Shown one piece after another: positions 37,395 through 46,119 of a stretch of 52,173 nucleotides of DNA. Source of the DNA: a virus. Lineage: Duplodnaviria; Caudoviricetes. Made by a program: the position numbers and the translations under genes. Position 1 is the first letter of the stretch, and every line of letters begins with the position of its first letter. The stretch is from positions 1 through 52,173 of the IMG/VR virus record IMGVR_UViG_3300023199_000094; one strand, given 5' to 3'. The notes beneath the pieces are model-generated. The model made no database searches. It worked only from the letters and a program-made list of their open reading frames with translations, and was not told where the DNA came from.

Positions 37395-39650
37395 TTAAGG
37401 ACCGAGCCAAGGGGCCATATCAGCTGAAATACCTTTGACAGCTACAATGGCATCTCTATTTAATTTTTGATTAGCTACATTGTACGGACCGTGCCAGGCA
37501 GCAGAAAAATGCGCTATGTCCCAATCTACATTTACATTACCGATAGAAGTCGGAGCGGACCCACTTGTAAAACTATTAGTGTTACTTGTATTAACTTTTA
37601 CGCCGTTTAGCCAAAACTCTTGAGGACTGCCGTTGGAAGTTAAAGCAACATACTGCCACTCTCCAGTACCTATGATACTTTTACCAAGATCATAGTCTAA
37701 ACCGCTAGTTGAACCCCAGCAACTTAGGACAGTATTACCTGCGCCCGAAACGTAAAACCCAAGTCTATAATAAGGCTGTCCGCCAGAATTTGGTCTTATT
37801 AACTCTTCAATAGTGGCGTCGGGGGAGTCTTTATCGTTGAGTCTAAAAACAAACTCATAAATTACCCTGTTGCCCGACACAGGACAGTTAATATTTTGCG
37901 TCCATTTCGGAGGCGATGCCGTCGGATGTGTTACCTCATAAGGCTGCACACGATCCATACTGTACCAATTACCTTTTTTAACTGGTTTAGACGGTCCGGG
38001 AAACTCTGTAAATAGAAAACTAAAATCTAAAGAGTCTCCGTTAGGCGCACCAAGTAAAGGATCACGTCCCCAATAATCTATCACAAACTGTTCTGTCAAG
38101 TCTTCATCAAAACCATAAAGCCAACCTGCACGGCAAGTATTACTTTCAAAATCCCCAAATTCAGGGGTGGAGTACCCTTCAACGGCAAGAGACTCGTGAT
38201 ACGTTGGTTCTGCAAAAACATCAAAAGGGTCTGACAAAGCTGTCGTGATATCCGGGTCGTCCGCTACCGCCAACAGACGTACATCTATCAAATCATTTTC
38301 GATATCTGAAACAGATAATTCGTCAAAGGTCACAACACCCGCGACAGCTTGTTTCGTAATAACACCAGATACCTCGCCTTCGGCCGGTGAAGCACCTGTA
38401 TTAGTCCTTATACCAACAGTCACTTTAGTAATGTAGTCGTTGAGCTCAATGCTCGTATCGGCTTTACGTAAAGTAATCTGCGGAGACGGTGAAATAAGAT
38501 CATCTTCGATAGCGTCCGTCGGTTGGACTTCCCATTGTAAATAATCACTTTCAATCTCAACCGACTGAGGATTCGTCTCGGAGACTACGCGGATAATCCA
38601 CACACACTTAGCATACACCGGCACAGTCTCTGACGCCCCCGAAGCGTCGAGATACTGCGGAGACGAGGGATCAGACGGGTCGTAGTCAGGATTCACGACC
38701 TGCGGGCCTGTGAAGCCATCCACAGGAAACGGCCCACTGTCATAGTTGCCGCTGGGTACAGTGGACGTACGCCCACCACCCATAAGAGCAATATCAGTGT
38801 CGGCACCCGCTGTCACGTCAAATAGACCTTCTAAATGCTCCGTACCGTCATAAGGCGGGTTCGGGTAATGGTTGTGGTCCCTAATCTGGTCTTCAAAAAT
38901 CTGCCCTAATTCGCCCGTAGAGGCGTTATCATCTGAACCTCTCAGGAAGACGCCACCATCTGCTCGATCCAACACACCAGTGGCATTATTCAAGTCAGGA
39001 AGCTGTACGCCAAACAAAGGTGAAAACGGGTTGTCTACAAACTGACCGTCACAGCGAAGATAACCATTGGGTAGTTCAATCGAGCGGCCAGCTTCGGCTA
39101 AAAGATTAGGGAACCAAGCGATAACCGCTCCAATAGGCGTAACGTTTCGATCATCAAAAAGATCACCTATTTCGCCTTTAGGACCTTCATAGCGGTATCC
39201 AGACCACTTAAAAGGCGTAGCGTAACCAGAAACATTACCATTAATTGTCAAGATGCCGGTTTTATAGTCAAAAAACCAATCTAGAGCATCCGTTGGGAAA
39301 ATCTGGTTATCGTTGTTATCAAATAACATGCCTTCAAAATCGGCACCAAACTTATCACTAATCCAATCAACTAAACGGGCCGCGCCAGCGGACCCTGTTT
39401 CAGATAAATACCACGATTGTGAATCCGAAACCGAACTATCTTCAATAAAAGTTATTTTGTCATAAAATACGGCATTACCTAAAACTTCAGTAACACCGGG
39501 GTCATTCTGAACAATGGTACCTGTCCACATTTCACTGAAACTGATATTTACAGTCTCCGCGCCAACCTCTTCATAAATAGCCTTATCTTCACTCGTAACC
39601 CTCTTGTTTAAGAGAATCTTCTGAGACCTGTCAATAGGATCAGTACTCAT
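37395..39650 (-). CDS. Tail fibre-like protein with collar domain and C-terminal LamG/ConA-like domain
   Basis: PIGAVIAW...LPNGYLRCDGQ...LPDL...FLRG...HNH...ETVP..A...WIIRV collar motif; C-terminal GEWQYVALT......FWLNG. Confidence 0.8.
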   Translation of the reverse strand: MSTDPIDRSQKILLNKRVTSEDKAIYEEVGAETVNISFSEMWTGTIVQNDPGVTEVLGNAVFYDKITFIEDSSVSDSQSWYLSETGSAGAARLVDWISDKFGADFEGMLFDNNDNQIFPTDALDWFFDYKTGILTINGNVSGYATPFKWSGYRYEGPKGEIGDLFDDRNVTPIGAVIAWFPNLLAEAGRSIELPNGYLRCDGQFVDNPFSPLFGVQLPDLNNATGVLDRADGGVFLRGSDDNASTGELGQIFEDQIRDHNHYPNPPYDGTEHLEGLFDVTAGADTDIALMGGGRTSTVPSGNYDSGPFPVDGFTGPQVVNPDYDPSDPSSPQYLDASGASETVPVYAKCVWIIRVVSETNPQSVEIESDYLQWEVQPTDAIEDDLISPSPQITLRKADTSIELNDYITKVTVGIRTNTGASPAEGEVSGVITKQAVAGVVTFDELSVSDIENDLIDVRLLAVADDPDITTALSDPFDVFAEPTYHESLAVEGYSTPEFGDFESNTCRAGWLYGFDEDLTEQFVIDYWGRDPLLGAPNGDSLDFSFLFTEFPGPSKPVKKGNWYSMDRVQPYEVTHPTASPPKWTQNINCPVSGNRVIYEFVFRLNDKDSPDATIEELIRPNSGGQPYYRLGFYVSGAGNTVLSCWGSTSGLDYDLGKSIIGTGEWQYVALTSNGSPQEFWLNGVKVNTSNTNSFTSGSAPTSIGNVNVDWDIAHFSAAWHGPYNVANQKLNRDAIVAVKGISADMAPWLGP

Positions 39651-39657
39651 AAACTCC

Positions 39658-41217
39658 TCACGAACTAGTGATATTAGTGATACTATCGTTATTATTACGG
39701 AAAATGATAATCACTCGATATTCATTACCGTTGTCACCGGTGCTAGCGGTTCCAAAAGAAAAGTTTACAGTTCCCGCTGACCCACTAGTGCGGGCACCTT
39801 GGCTATTAGCTCGAGAACTTCCCGAACCATCCCCATTGTCATCGCCAAACACACGACCAAGGTCAAAATACAAATCGTCATCATCTAGTTGCAACAAAAC
39901 ATTTAAATCACCAGTACCATAAGGGTCTATATCAATAAATGAAATACCAGAAAACGTCAGAGCGCCATTACTAGCGGATGCTTTAGTGAATTTGCGCTGA
40001 TACTCCTGATCTCCTGTCTTTGCAGGGTAGTCAGTATCACCGTACACAAGCGTACCATTTCTAACCTGAGCATCGCCATTATCCAACGAAGTGGTCGAGT
40101 CAAACGAAGTATCAGTATCGTTTTCTAGTCGTTTATCCTCATCTAGGAAAGCGTCCGTGGTGTTTGTAGACACAACACCATAAGTATTGATACGTCGAGA
40201 AAGAGCCGACGCCGAATCTGAGACTTGCTGTCCATCCGGTTTGTTAAGATCAACGGACAATACGGCATCGTTAGCTCCCGAAGAGCCATCCGCCCCTAAA
40301 GTAACTAATTCATTAGAAATAGCAAAAGTGTCATTTACACTAGGGACAGAACCAGGATTAACCGCTTTATTAACGGTGCCTGCGTTATCTGTAATTCTCG
40401 AAACCGCCGATGGGTGGTACGTCTTACGGAATATACCGGACGCCGCGGTATAGGATACGTCAAACGTTGAGCCAACTCCATAGTGGTTAATACCGGATAA
40501 CCACTTATCTACCGGAGTGTTTTCAGCCGACGTAGGCGACACATCGAACGCCGGCGCAGAAGCAACATCATCATGATAAACAGTTGTGACGTTAGTGTCA
40601 CCTGCTTCATCGTGTTTAATTACGATCTGCTTACGACCTTCTGTCAAGGTAAGATTGGCTTGGGCATTTGCTTTTTGCCAAATGTCGTTATAAACATCTA
40701 ACGCTGTAACTTCTAAATCAACTCCAACACCCACCCCATTATCGGCGATAGAGTAAACTTCTTGGTCAACGCCGTCGCACTCTAATGTAAGCACACCAGC
40801 CGAAGACTGGTTATTAGCCTGTCCAGCACGAAAACGATCGGCTGTATTAGGCGTCGAGGCGACTATAGTAGAGTCGTTGGTTACATTTTGTACAGTAGTA
40901 CCGGCCGTGGTAACCCAATCACCAGAAAGACCGTTGGGTAAAACACCTGTGTAAAAAGAAGCACCGCTTAAAACCAAACTCTGACCAGTCAACAAGCCAG
41001 CTTGAGGATCTGCTAAAGCCAACAAAAGCTTATTGACAGAATCAAACGTATTGGCAACGGTATCCGTACTGGCCATAGGTAAAACACCATCAGTATAATC
41101 ACCGTCTGACGGAATGCCTATAGTACCAGTAGTGCCGTCCCCGCCACCACCGCCTATACCCGACCCTTCAAAAACACTACCTCCTACAGGAAAACTATAG
41201 TTAATATCTTTAGCCAT
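39658..41217 (-). CDS. Putative virion structural protein
   Basis: 519 aa rich in G/S/T/D/N, beta-propensity, upstream of the collar fibre gene. Confidence 0.65.
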   Translation of the reverse strand: MAKDINYSFPVGGSVFEGSGIGGGGGDGTTGTIGIPSDGDYTDGVLPMASTDTVANTFDSVNKLLLALADPQAGLLTGQSLVLSGASFYTGVLPNGLSGDWVTTAGTTVQNVTNDSTIVASTPNTADRFRAGQANNQSSAGVLTLECDGVDQEVYSIADNGVGVGVDLEVTALDVYNDIWQKANAQANLTLTEGRKQIVIKHDEAGDTNVTTVYHDDVASAPAFDVSPTSAENTPVDKWLSGINHYGVGSTFDVSYTAASGIFRKTYHPSAVSRITDNAGTVNKAVNPGSVPSVNDTFAISNELVTLGADGSSGANDAVLSVDLNKPDGQQVSDSASALSRRINTYGVVSTNTTDAFLDEDKRLENDTDTSFDSTTSLDNGDAQVRNGTLVYGDTDYPAKTGDQEYQRKFTKASASNGALTFSGISFIDIDPYGTGDLNVLLQLDDDDLYFDLGRVFGDDNGDGSGSSRANSQGARTSGSAGTVNFSFGTASTGDNGNEYRVIIIFRNNNDSITNITSS

Positions 41218-41226
41218 AACAGACTC

Positions 41227-41676
41227 CTATCGAATGTTTTTACCCATTAGACAAAGCGCTAAAGATACATCCAGTCCTGAATCTTGATAGATATAAACGG
41301 TTTCTGGGTCAATGTTAAACGTCGAAATGCCTGGAGTAGCGCATGTGCCGGCACCCGTACCGTCAACGGTAGCGGCAGGGATAGGTACACCAAAATCTCT
41401 GGTGACTTGATCATCCCCCCACCACACACACGTTGCGCTAAAGTTAAGCACCATCCAGCCAATTAACTCTAAAGTTTTAATAGGTAATTCAGAGGCGGAA
41501 GGATCGCCAGAAGGGTCTCCGTCAATAGCGTCAAACACTCGTATAGGCGTATCGTTAGGTATAGTCAGCTCAAACCATCTATTATCACCCCAGTCACCGG
41601 GGATTACGGCCCCAACGGGAACGTTATCCGCTCTTGGAAAAGAGTCGGGAATTTGCCGCATGTTTTCGCCGCTCAT
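41227..41676 (-). CDS. Putative small virion protein with GDPSGDPS motif
   Basis: 149 aa, beta-rich, co-transcribed with two structural genes. Confidence 0.6.
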   Translation of the reverse strand: MSGENMRQIPDSFPRADNVPVGAVIPGDWGDNRWFELTIPNDTPIRVFDAIDGDPSGDPSASELPIKTLELIGWMVLNFSATCVWWGDDQVTRDFGVPIPAATVDGTGAGTCATPGISTFNIDPETVYIYQDSGLDVSLALCLMGKNIR

Positions 41677-42266
41677 TTTTTACTTTCCTTGTCTTTTACA
41701 ATAGCTTCACCTAAAACGCCTAGGCGTTTACGCAACTCTTCTTGCAAGCTAGGGGGAAGGGCTGTAGATGTATTTTTAGCAATTGATTGCGAAGCTTCCG
41801 AAACACCCATTGCAGCCGTCGCCTGCATAACCTCGGCAATCTGAAGACCAAATTTTTGTCTATCCGTTGACAGTCTTTGCGATAGACTCATCAATAACTC
41901 TATCGGCATAGGAGCAGTAACGATCTTTTGAAACAGTGTGCTCAACACCGCAGAGATACACTTATCATAGTCAACAATCCGAGCTTCGGCACTCTCAATC
42001 CAATTAATTAAGACAGTCGGATCTTTCTTTAAAGATTCTCTAGCGGTGAACAGGTCTCTCTGTGTGAACGCTTTATGAAAAGATTTATAATTTAAGCCGT
42101 GAACACTGCAGAATACCGAAAATTTATCATGCGGACCGGTTAACCACTCCTGTATTATATGGTTCTGACCGTGCGCTTTTAAATCAGACCATTTAACTAA
42201 AATGTCAACTTCCGCATCGCCATCAAGTAACGATGGAGGCTTGATAGGTTTGTTTGGCATGTTCAT
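41673..42266 (-). CDS. Hypothetical helical protein (terminase small subunit candidate)
   Basis: 197 aa; possible HTH (FSVFCSVHGLNYKSFHK) then helices; function is a guess. Confidence 0.45.
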   Translation of the reverse strand: MNMPNKPIKPPSLLDGDAEVDILVKWSDLKAHGQNHIIQEWLTGPHDKFSVFCSVHGLNYKSFHKAFTQRDLFTARESLKKDPTVLINWIESAEARIVDYDKCISAVLSTLFQKIVTAPMPIELLMSLSQRLSTDRQKFGLQIAEVMQATAAMGVSEASQSIAKNTSTALPPSLQEELRKRLGVLGEAIVKDKESKK

Positions 42267-42268
42267 AG

Positions 42269-42727
42269 TTACTCATTATCCCATACGCCCCTCTTCGGTT
42301 TCGGAACAGGCGGTCCCGGTAAGGACGGGCGTTCGTCTTCAGAGAGGGTCAGAGTGTTCTTGGGTTCGATCGGTACGGGTCTTTTGCTCTCATATCTTCG
42401 ACGAACTTTTGACGCTTTAGGTTCTTTACTAACCGGAATACGCCTTCTTGAAGGTCGTGGAGCTACACGTTTTGGCTTCTCGACTCCAGTGACGTCGTGG
42501 TCGATCTCAATCGATTCTAGCGTCTCTGGTTGTTTCACTTCAAAAGCAGCAAAAGTTTGAGCACTCCTGTAGCTTACAACGCGCCCATCGTCAAGTCGAA
42601 CCTCAACTGTCCGACGACCTGCCCGACCGCCTTCTAAGATGCGCGACACCACCCCTCGCATCGATTTATTCGATAGGTAAATACGGTGACCTGCCTTAAC
42701 AGTGAAAAAATTCGCTCTTTTATGCAC
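42269..42727 (-). CDS. Basic protein with SH3/KOW-like N-terminus
   Basis: 152 aa; VKAGHRI......RGVV..I.....VEVRLDDG then R/K/P-rich tail. Confidence 0.55.
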   Translation of the reverse strand: MHKRANFFTVKAGHRIYLSNKSMRGVVSRILEGGRAGRRTVEVRLDDGRVVSYRSAQTFAAFEVKQPETLESIEIDHDVTGVEKPKRVAPRPSRRRIPVSKEPKASKVRRRYESKRPVPIEPKNTLTLSEDERPSLPGPPVPKPKRGVWDNE

Positions 42728-42740
42728 AGTAACCCCCTAT

Positions 42741-42768
42741 AAAAACAGCCCCGTTAGGGGCTATTTTT
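42741..42768. terminator. Bidirectional-type intrinsic terminator
   Basis: AAAAACAGCCCC-GTTA-GGGGCTATTTTT after the ParB-like gene. Confidence 0.75.
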
Positions 42769-42781
42769 ACAAATACTTATT

Positions 42782-43873
42782 TCACTTTTGTGGTATGTTT
42801 ATAAGTTTTTTGCCGGTTGCTCCTGCAGCAGTCGGTTTATCTGTCAGGATAGGAGCTCCTTCTAGATCGACAGAAAAACTGTCAAATACCTCTTCTACTT
42901 CTTTAACTGGTTTCTCTTCATCGACGTCAGTATAAACTATACCGCTGTCTTGGTAAGTAAGCGCTGCCAAGAAACCATCCAAAAACCCTTTATCATACAC
43001 CGATAACTGATCGCTTTTCTGGGCTAGAAACTCCTGTATATTCTGTTTAATATACTTCCTAGAAGCCCCCTTCATCGAAGAAGGTTTCTCTGACGTTGTT
43101 TTCTTCTCTTCCGGAGCCGTCAAGTACGTCTTATCGACGTAGTCTTTAATCTTGTTTAAAGACCATTTTTCCTTAATGGCTTTAGCGCGCTCTTCACCAG
43201 AGAGATAACCGCACTTAAAAAGCTGAGTAATACGGGATTTCGAATTTTTAGTGCGGTGTGCTAATTGAGTCTGGTTCCACCCAAAACGGTCTTTAAGCAA
43301 TTTTAAGTTTTCGTAATAATCAATAGGGCTTAAAGGACGCTGAGACGTATTGGCAATAAGACCAATCCAACGGCCGATATACTCATCCGAGGTATTAATG
43401 ACTTTAAAAGAAATTTGATGAGTGTCGGGGTTTTCAGCGTTAGAAAGCTCCTCTTCAAAGCGCCCAAAACCGTCAATAATGATATAAAAAGGGACGAATT
43501 TTAGTTTGTCCTCATCTGGAATATTAGAAAACCAAGACTCATGCTTGTGCAGCTCTAGCCACCTTTTTCGCTCTTTTGGAGTAGCGAATCTAACCAAAGG
43601 GTTATAAAAAGCTTCACGAGTCGGCGCGCCATCGCCCATGATTCCGGATAGAGAGCTAGCGGCGTTACTGTCTTCATCTGTCGTGTAGTACGATCCCGCA
43701 GCAGTGGTTCTGATATAATTAAACTCAGGGTCGTGTATTACTTGGTGTCGTGTGAGATTAACCCAAGGCTGATCGGGGTGGTACTCAATATTGAAATCGT
43801 CCGGTAAGACGGAAGGTTCTACTACAGGAGCTAACAGTACATCCAACTCCGAGCTATCTAAATTATCAAACAT
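42782..43873 (-). CDS. ParB/Spo0J-like protein
   Basis: IIIDGFGRF, ANTSQRPLSPID, and HTH GWNQTQLAHRTKNSKSRITQL. Confidence 0.7.
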   Translation of the reverse strand: MFDNLDSSELDVLLAPVVEPSVLPDDFNIEYHPDQPWVNLTRHQVIHDPEFNYIRTTAAGSYYTTDEDSNAASSLSGIMGDGAPTREAFYNPLVRFATPKERKRWLELHKHESWFSNIPDEDKLKFVPFYIIIDGFGRFEEELSNAENPDTHQISFKVINTSDEYIGRWIGLIANTSQRPLSPIDYYENLKLLKDRFGWNQTQLAHRTKNSKSRITQLFKCGYLSGEERAKAIKEKWSLNKIKDYVDKTYLTAPEEKKTTSEKPSSMKGASRKYIKQNIQEFLAQKSDQLSVYDKGFLDGFLAALTYQDSGIVYTDVDEEKPVKEVEEVFDSFSVDLEGAPILTDKPTAAGATGKKLINIPQK

Positions 43874-43901
43874 TTAAACACCTCCACAGTTTGCCTTTGA
43901 A

Positions 43902-44138
43902 TCAAAAGATCTTAGAAAGGCTTTTTAACACATTAATCACACCTGAAATATCACCAATATACTTCTTAACTTTAGCCAGCTCGGACTTATTTAGCTTATT
44001 AGCAAGCTTCAGGTCAGTCAGCACCTTTTGAAGGTCGTCTTCATCCAGACGCATCAAAGACGTCAAAGTCTTTTTATCTAAAGAAAGAAGCTCGGAAAAT
44101 TTATCTACAATAAGCCGTCGTAGCGTATCAGGGCTCAT
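43902..44138 (-). CDS. Hypothetical protein
   Basis: 78 aa, GGAGGAGG RBS, ATGA coupling. Confidence 0.7.
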   Translation of the reverse strand: MSPDTLRRLIVDKFSELLSLDKKTLTSLMRLDEDDLQKVLTDLKLANKLNKSELAKVKKYIGDISGVINVLKSLSKIF

Positions 44139-44542
44139 TTATCCTCCTCCGTTTTTAGATCATTAAGGACGGACTCAACCTCTTTCAAGCCTTCGCCGTC
44201 ATAAAGACCTAAAGATGCCGTCAAAACGCTGATAGAGAGTGACCGCACCCTTACATAATCCTCGTCACCGCGGCGTTTATAAATATCAAGCAAGGCGTCC
44301 TTAATTCGCTCAAACTTTTCTTGATCTAAGTCAGAAAGATCCATATCCGACAGCACCATAAAACGATTAATAGCTAGCGCTGTATACCGCTGAACTAAGG
44401 TGTGATCGTCCGCATGTCGATGAACCTCGTCAAGGGCGTCAACCGTGTCGTAGACAGCGGATCGAACCTCAAAATCAGCTACACCTATTGCTTTGCAGCC
44501 GGTCGCAACAAACAAGGCTAAGAATAGAATCAGGAGTCTCAT
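44135..44542 (-). CDS. Putative lipoprotein
   Basis: MRLLILFLALFVATGC: basic n-region, hydrophobic h-region, lipobox-like Cys16. Confidence 0.7.
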   Translation of the reverse strand: MRLLILFLALFVATGCKAIGVADFEVRSAVYDTVDALDEVHRHADDHTLVQRYTALAINRFMVLSDMDLSDLDQEKFERIKDALLDIYKRRGDEDYVRVRSLSISVLTASLGLYDGEGLKEVESVLNDLKTEEDK

Positions 44543-45438
44543 TTGAAAAGGCTTTCGATATAGGTTTCGTAGGACTCTACCACGGCGTTACAATCCGTGA
44601 ATAAAGCCGGAGTGACACGCATGGCCTGCTCAAACATAGTCTTTTTGATGTAAAAAGACTCTAAAGACTGGCTCTCGGACATGATGAAGTTACGCCAGTT
44701 GGATATAGGTTTACTAACTGTCGTTTGGATGATGCTACAGAGTGGTAATAAAGATAGAGGTAATTCGGTATGGTGTTTTTTCTCAAGGATGGAGAAAATA
44801 CCGGCTTGGCAAATCTCTAAAAAGTCTTTAGTGTCTTCGACAGCCTGCTGATCTGTGAAATAAAGAACATTTGTAAAGGCGATCTTATTATTGTTCGTCT
44901 GAAGGTAAAGATCGCCTTTAAAATCTACAACCCCACCAGTCTCAAAACCGTGTATATCTGGCCATTGGATTGCCGTCGCCCCGAGCTCCAAAGCTGTCTG
45001 AATGCTGACGGTAAAATCACACTCTACATAAATATGATCTAAAATCTGCGGTGTGAAGCCAGACTTTATTGATTCACAGACAGATTGGTAAGCTAAAGAC
45101 CCGTAAAAACCTTCCACCTTTGCTAGCCGCCAACGAACACCTGAAGAAGACGTTCTGTCAGGAAACCCAACTGGCGTCTTTTCGAGATCTGTGACGTTGT
45201 CAGGTCTAACGCCATTAGGCCAGTAATTTTTTAAGTCAAACGTATTTCCATAAGACGTTTTTACTTGAGGGGCTAGAAATTGTTCTATAGTAACCGGCGA
45301 ACCCACTTCATCAAGAGGTTTTTTAAAAGTTTTTTCTACAGTTTTTTGGAAGTGTTTGGGAGAAAGTGCCCAACGAAAAGATGGTGTTACAAACCGTAGA
45401 TTATTACTGACTTTTAAACTAATCGGTAGATTCGACAT
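44539..45438 (-). CDS. Possible degenerate ThyX-fold protein
   Basis: IKSG....ILDH.....F.VS, LLP......T....I.NWRNF and P.LF.D resemble ThyX flanking motifs; the RHRxxSxxxxSxR motif is absent. Confidence 0.4.
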   Translation of the reverse strand: MSNLPISLKVSNNLRFVTPSFRWALSPKHFQKTVEKTFKKPLDEVGSPVTIEQFLAPQVKTSYGNTFDLKNYWPNGVRPDNVTDLEKTPVGFPDRTSSSGVRWRLAKVEGFYGSLAYQSVCESIKSGFTPQILDHIYVECDFTVSIQTALELGATAIQWPDIHGFETGGVVDFKGDLYLQTNNNKIAFTNVLYFTDQQAVEDTKDFLEICQAGIFSILEKKHHTELPLSLLPLCSIIQTTVSKPISNWRNFIMSESQSLESFYIKKTMFEQAMRVTPALFTDCNAVVESYETYIESLFK

Positions 45439-45883
45439 TTTGTAACTCTATATCTAGATGATTAATAAAATGAATCATAAATATGAAAACATCCGGCTCT
45501 AATTTAACATGAAAACGAGTAGATACCCTAAGCATATGCGCTGGTTTATCTAAAGTCAAGTTTGGGTTAGAAATTTGGTGTTCTGGGTCTACAAACTCCA
45601 CCCCCGGAACTAAAGATGTAATTAAAATAGATTCCCTGACAAGCGGCGAAAACCTCCTGTCAGGGAACAATAAAACCTCTTGCTTATACTTTAAATCTAA
45701 CTCTGTCTTAGTTCTAAAAGCTAAAAAAGGACCATACGGTCGTGGTTGAATGTTACTAACCACACAATGTTTATAAAACTGAGCAACTTCATCTAAATCA
45801 GCAATATAACACAGCTCAAGATCAACCTGCCCATGTTCAGCTTCTACGTAATGTATTAGCTTAGCGTCTCGTCTATTCTCCAC
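45419..45883 (-). CDS. Hypothetical protein
   Basis: 154 aa, tiles the operon. Confidence 0.6.
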   Translation of the reverse strand: MENRRDAKLIHYVEAEHGQVDLELCYIADLDEVAQFYKHCVVSNIQPRPYGPFLAFRTKTELDLKYKQEVLLFPDRRFSPLVRESILITSLVPGVEFVDPEHQISNPNLTLDKPAHMLRVSTRFHVKLEPDVFIFMIHFINHLDIELQNVESTD

Positions 45884-46119
45884 CGGTACAGCTCCATTTG
45901 ACCATCTTCCCCGTGCTTCTCAATTATACCAAGATTAAACATTTCACGGAAGATGTCAAGCGGAATATGGCGGATAGGCTGGCGCATAAGACGAGGATCA
46001 GGGTTGTACATATACGCCTTGTCCTTATTCGGGCGATGGCGGGATGGAAAGACCTTGATGTACCAACCGTCTCTCATGCGATTAAACACGTCCTGCAGGA
46101 TGTGGACTGTCGCGTTCAT
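45856..46119 (-). CDS. Hypothetical protein
   Basis: 87 aa, GAGGAG RBS, ATGA coupling to the helicase. Confidence 0.65.
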   Translation of the reverse strand: MNATVHILQDVFNRMRDGWYIKVFPSRHRPNKDKAYMYNPDPRLMRQPIRHIPLDIFREMFNLGIIEKHGEDGQMELYRWRIDETLS

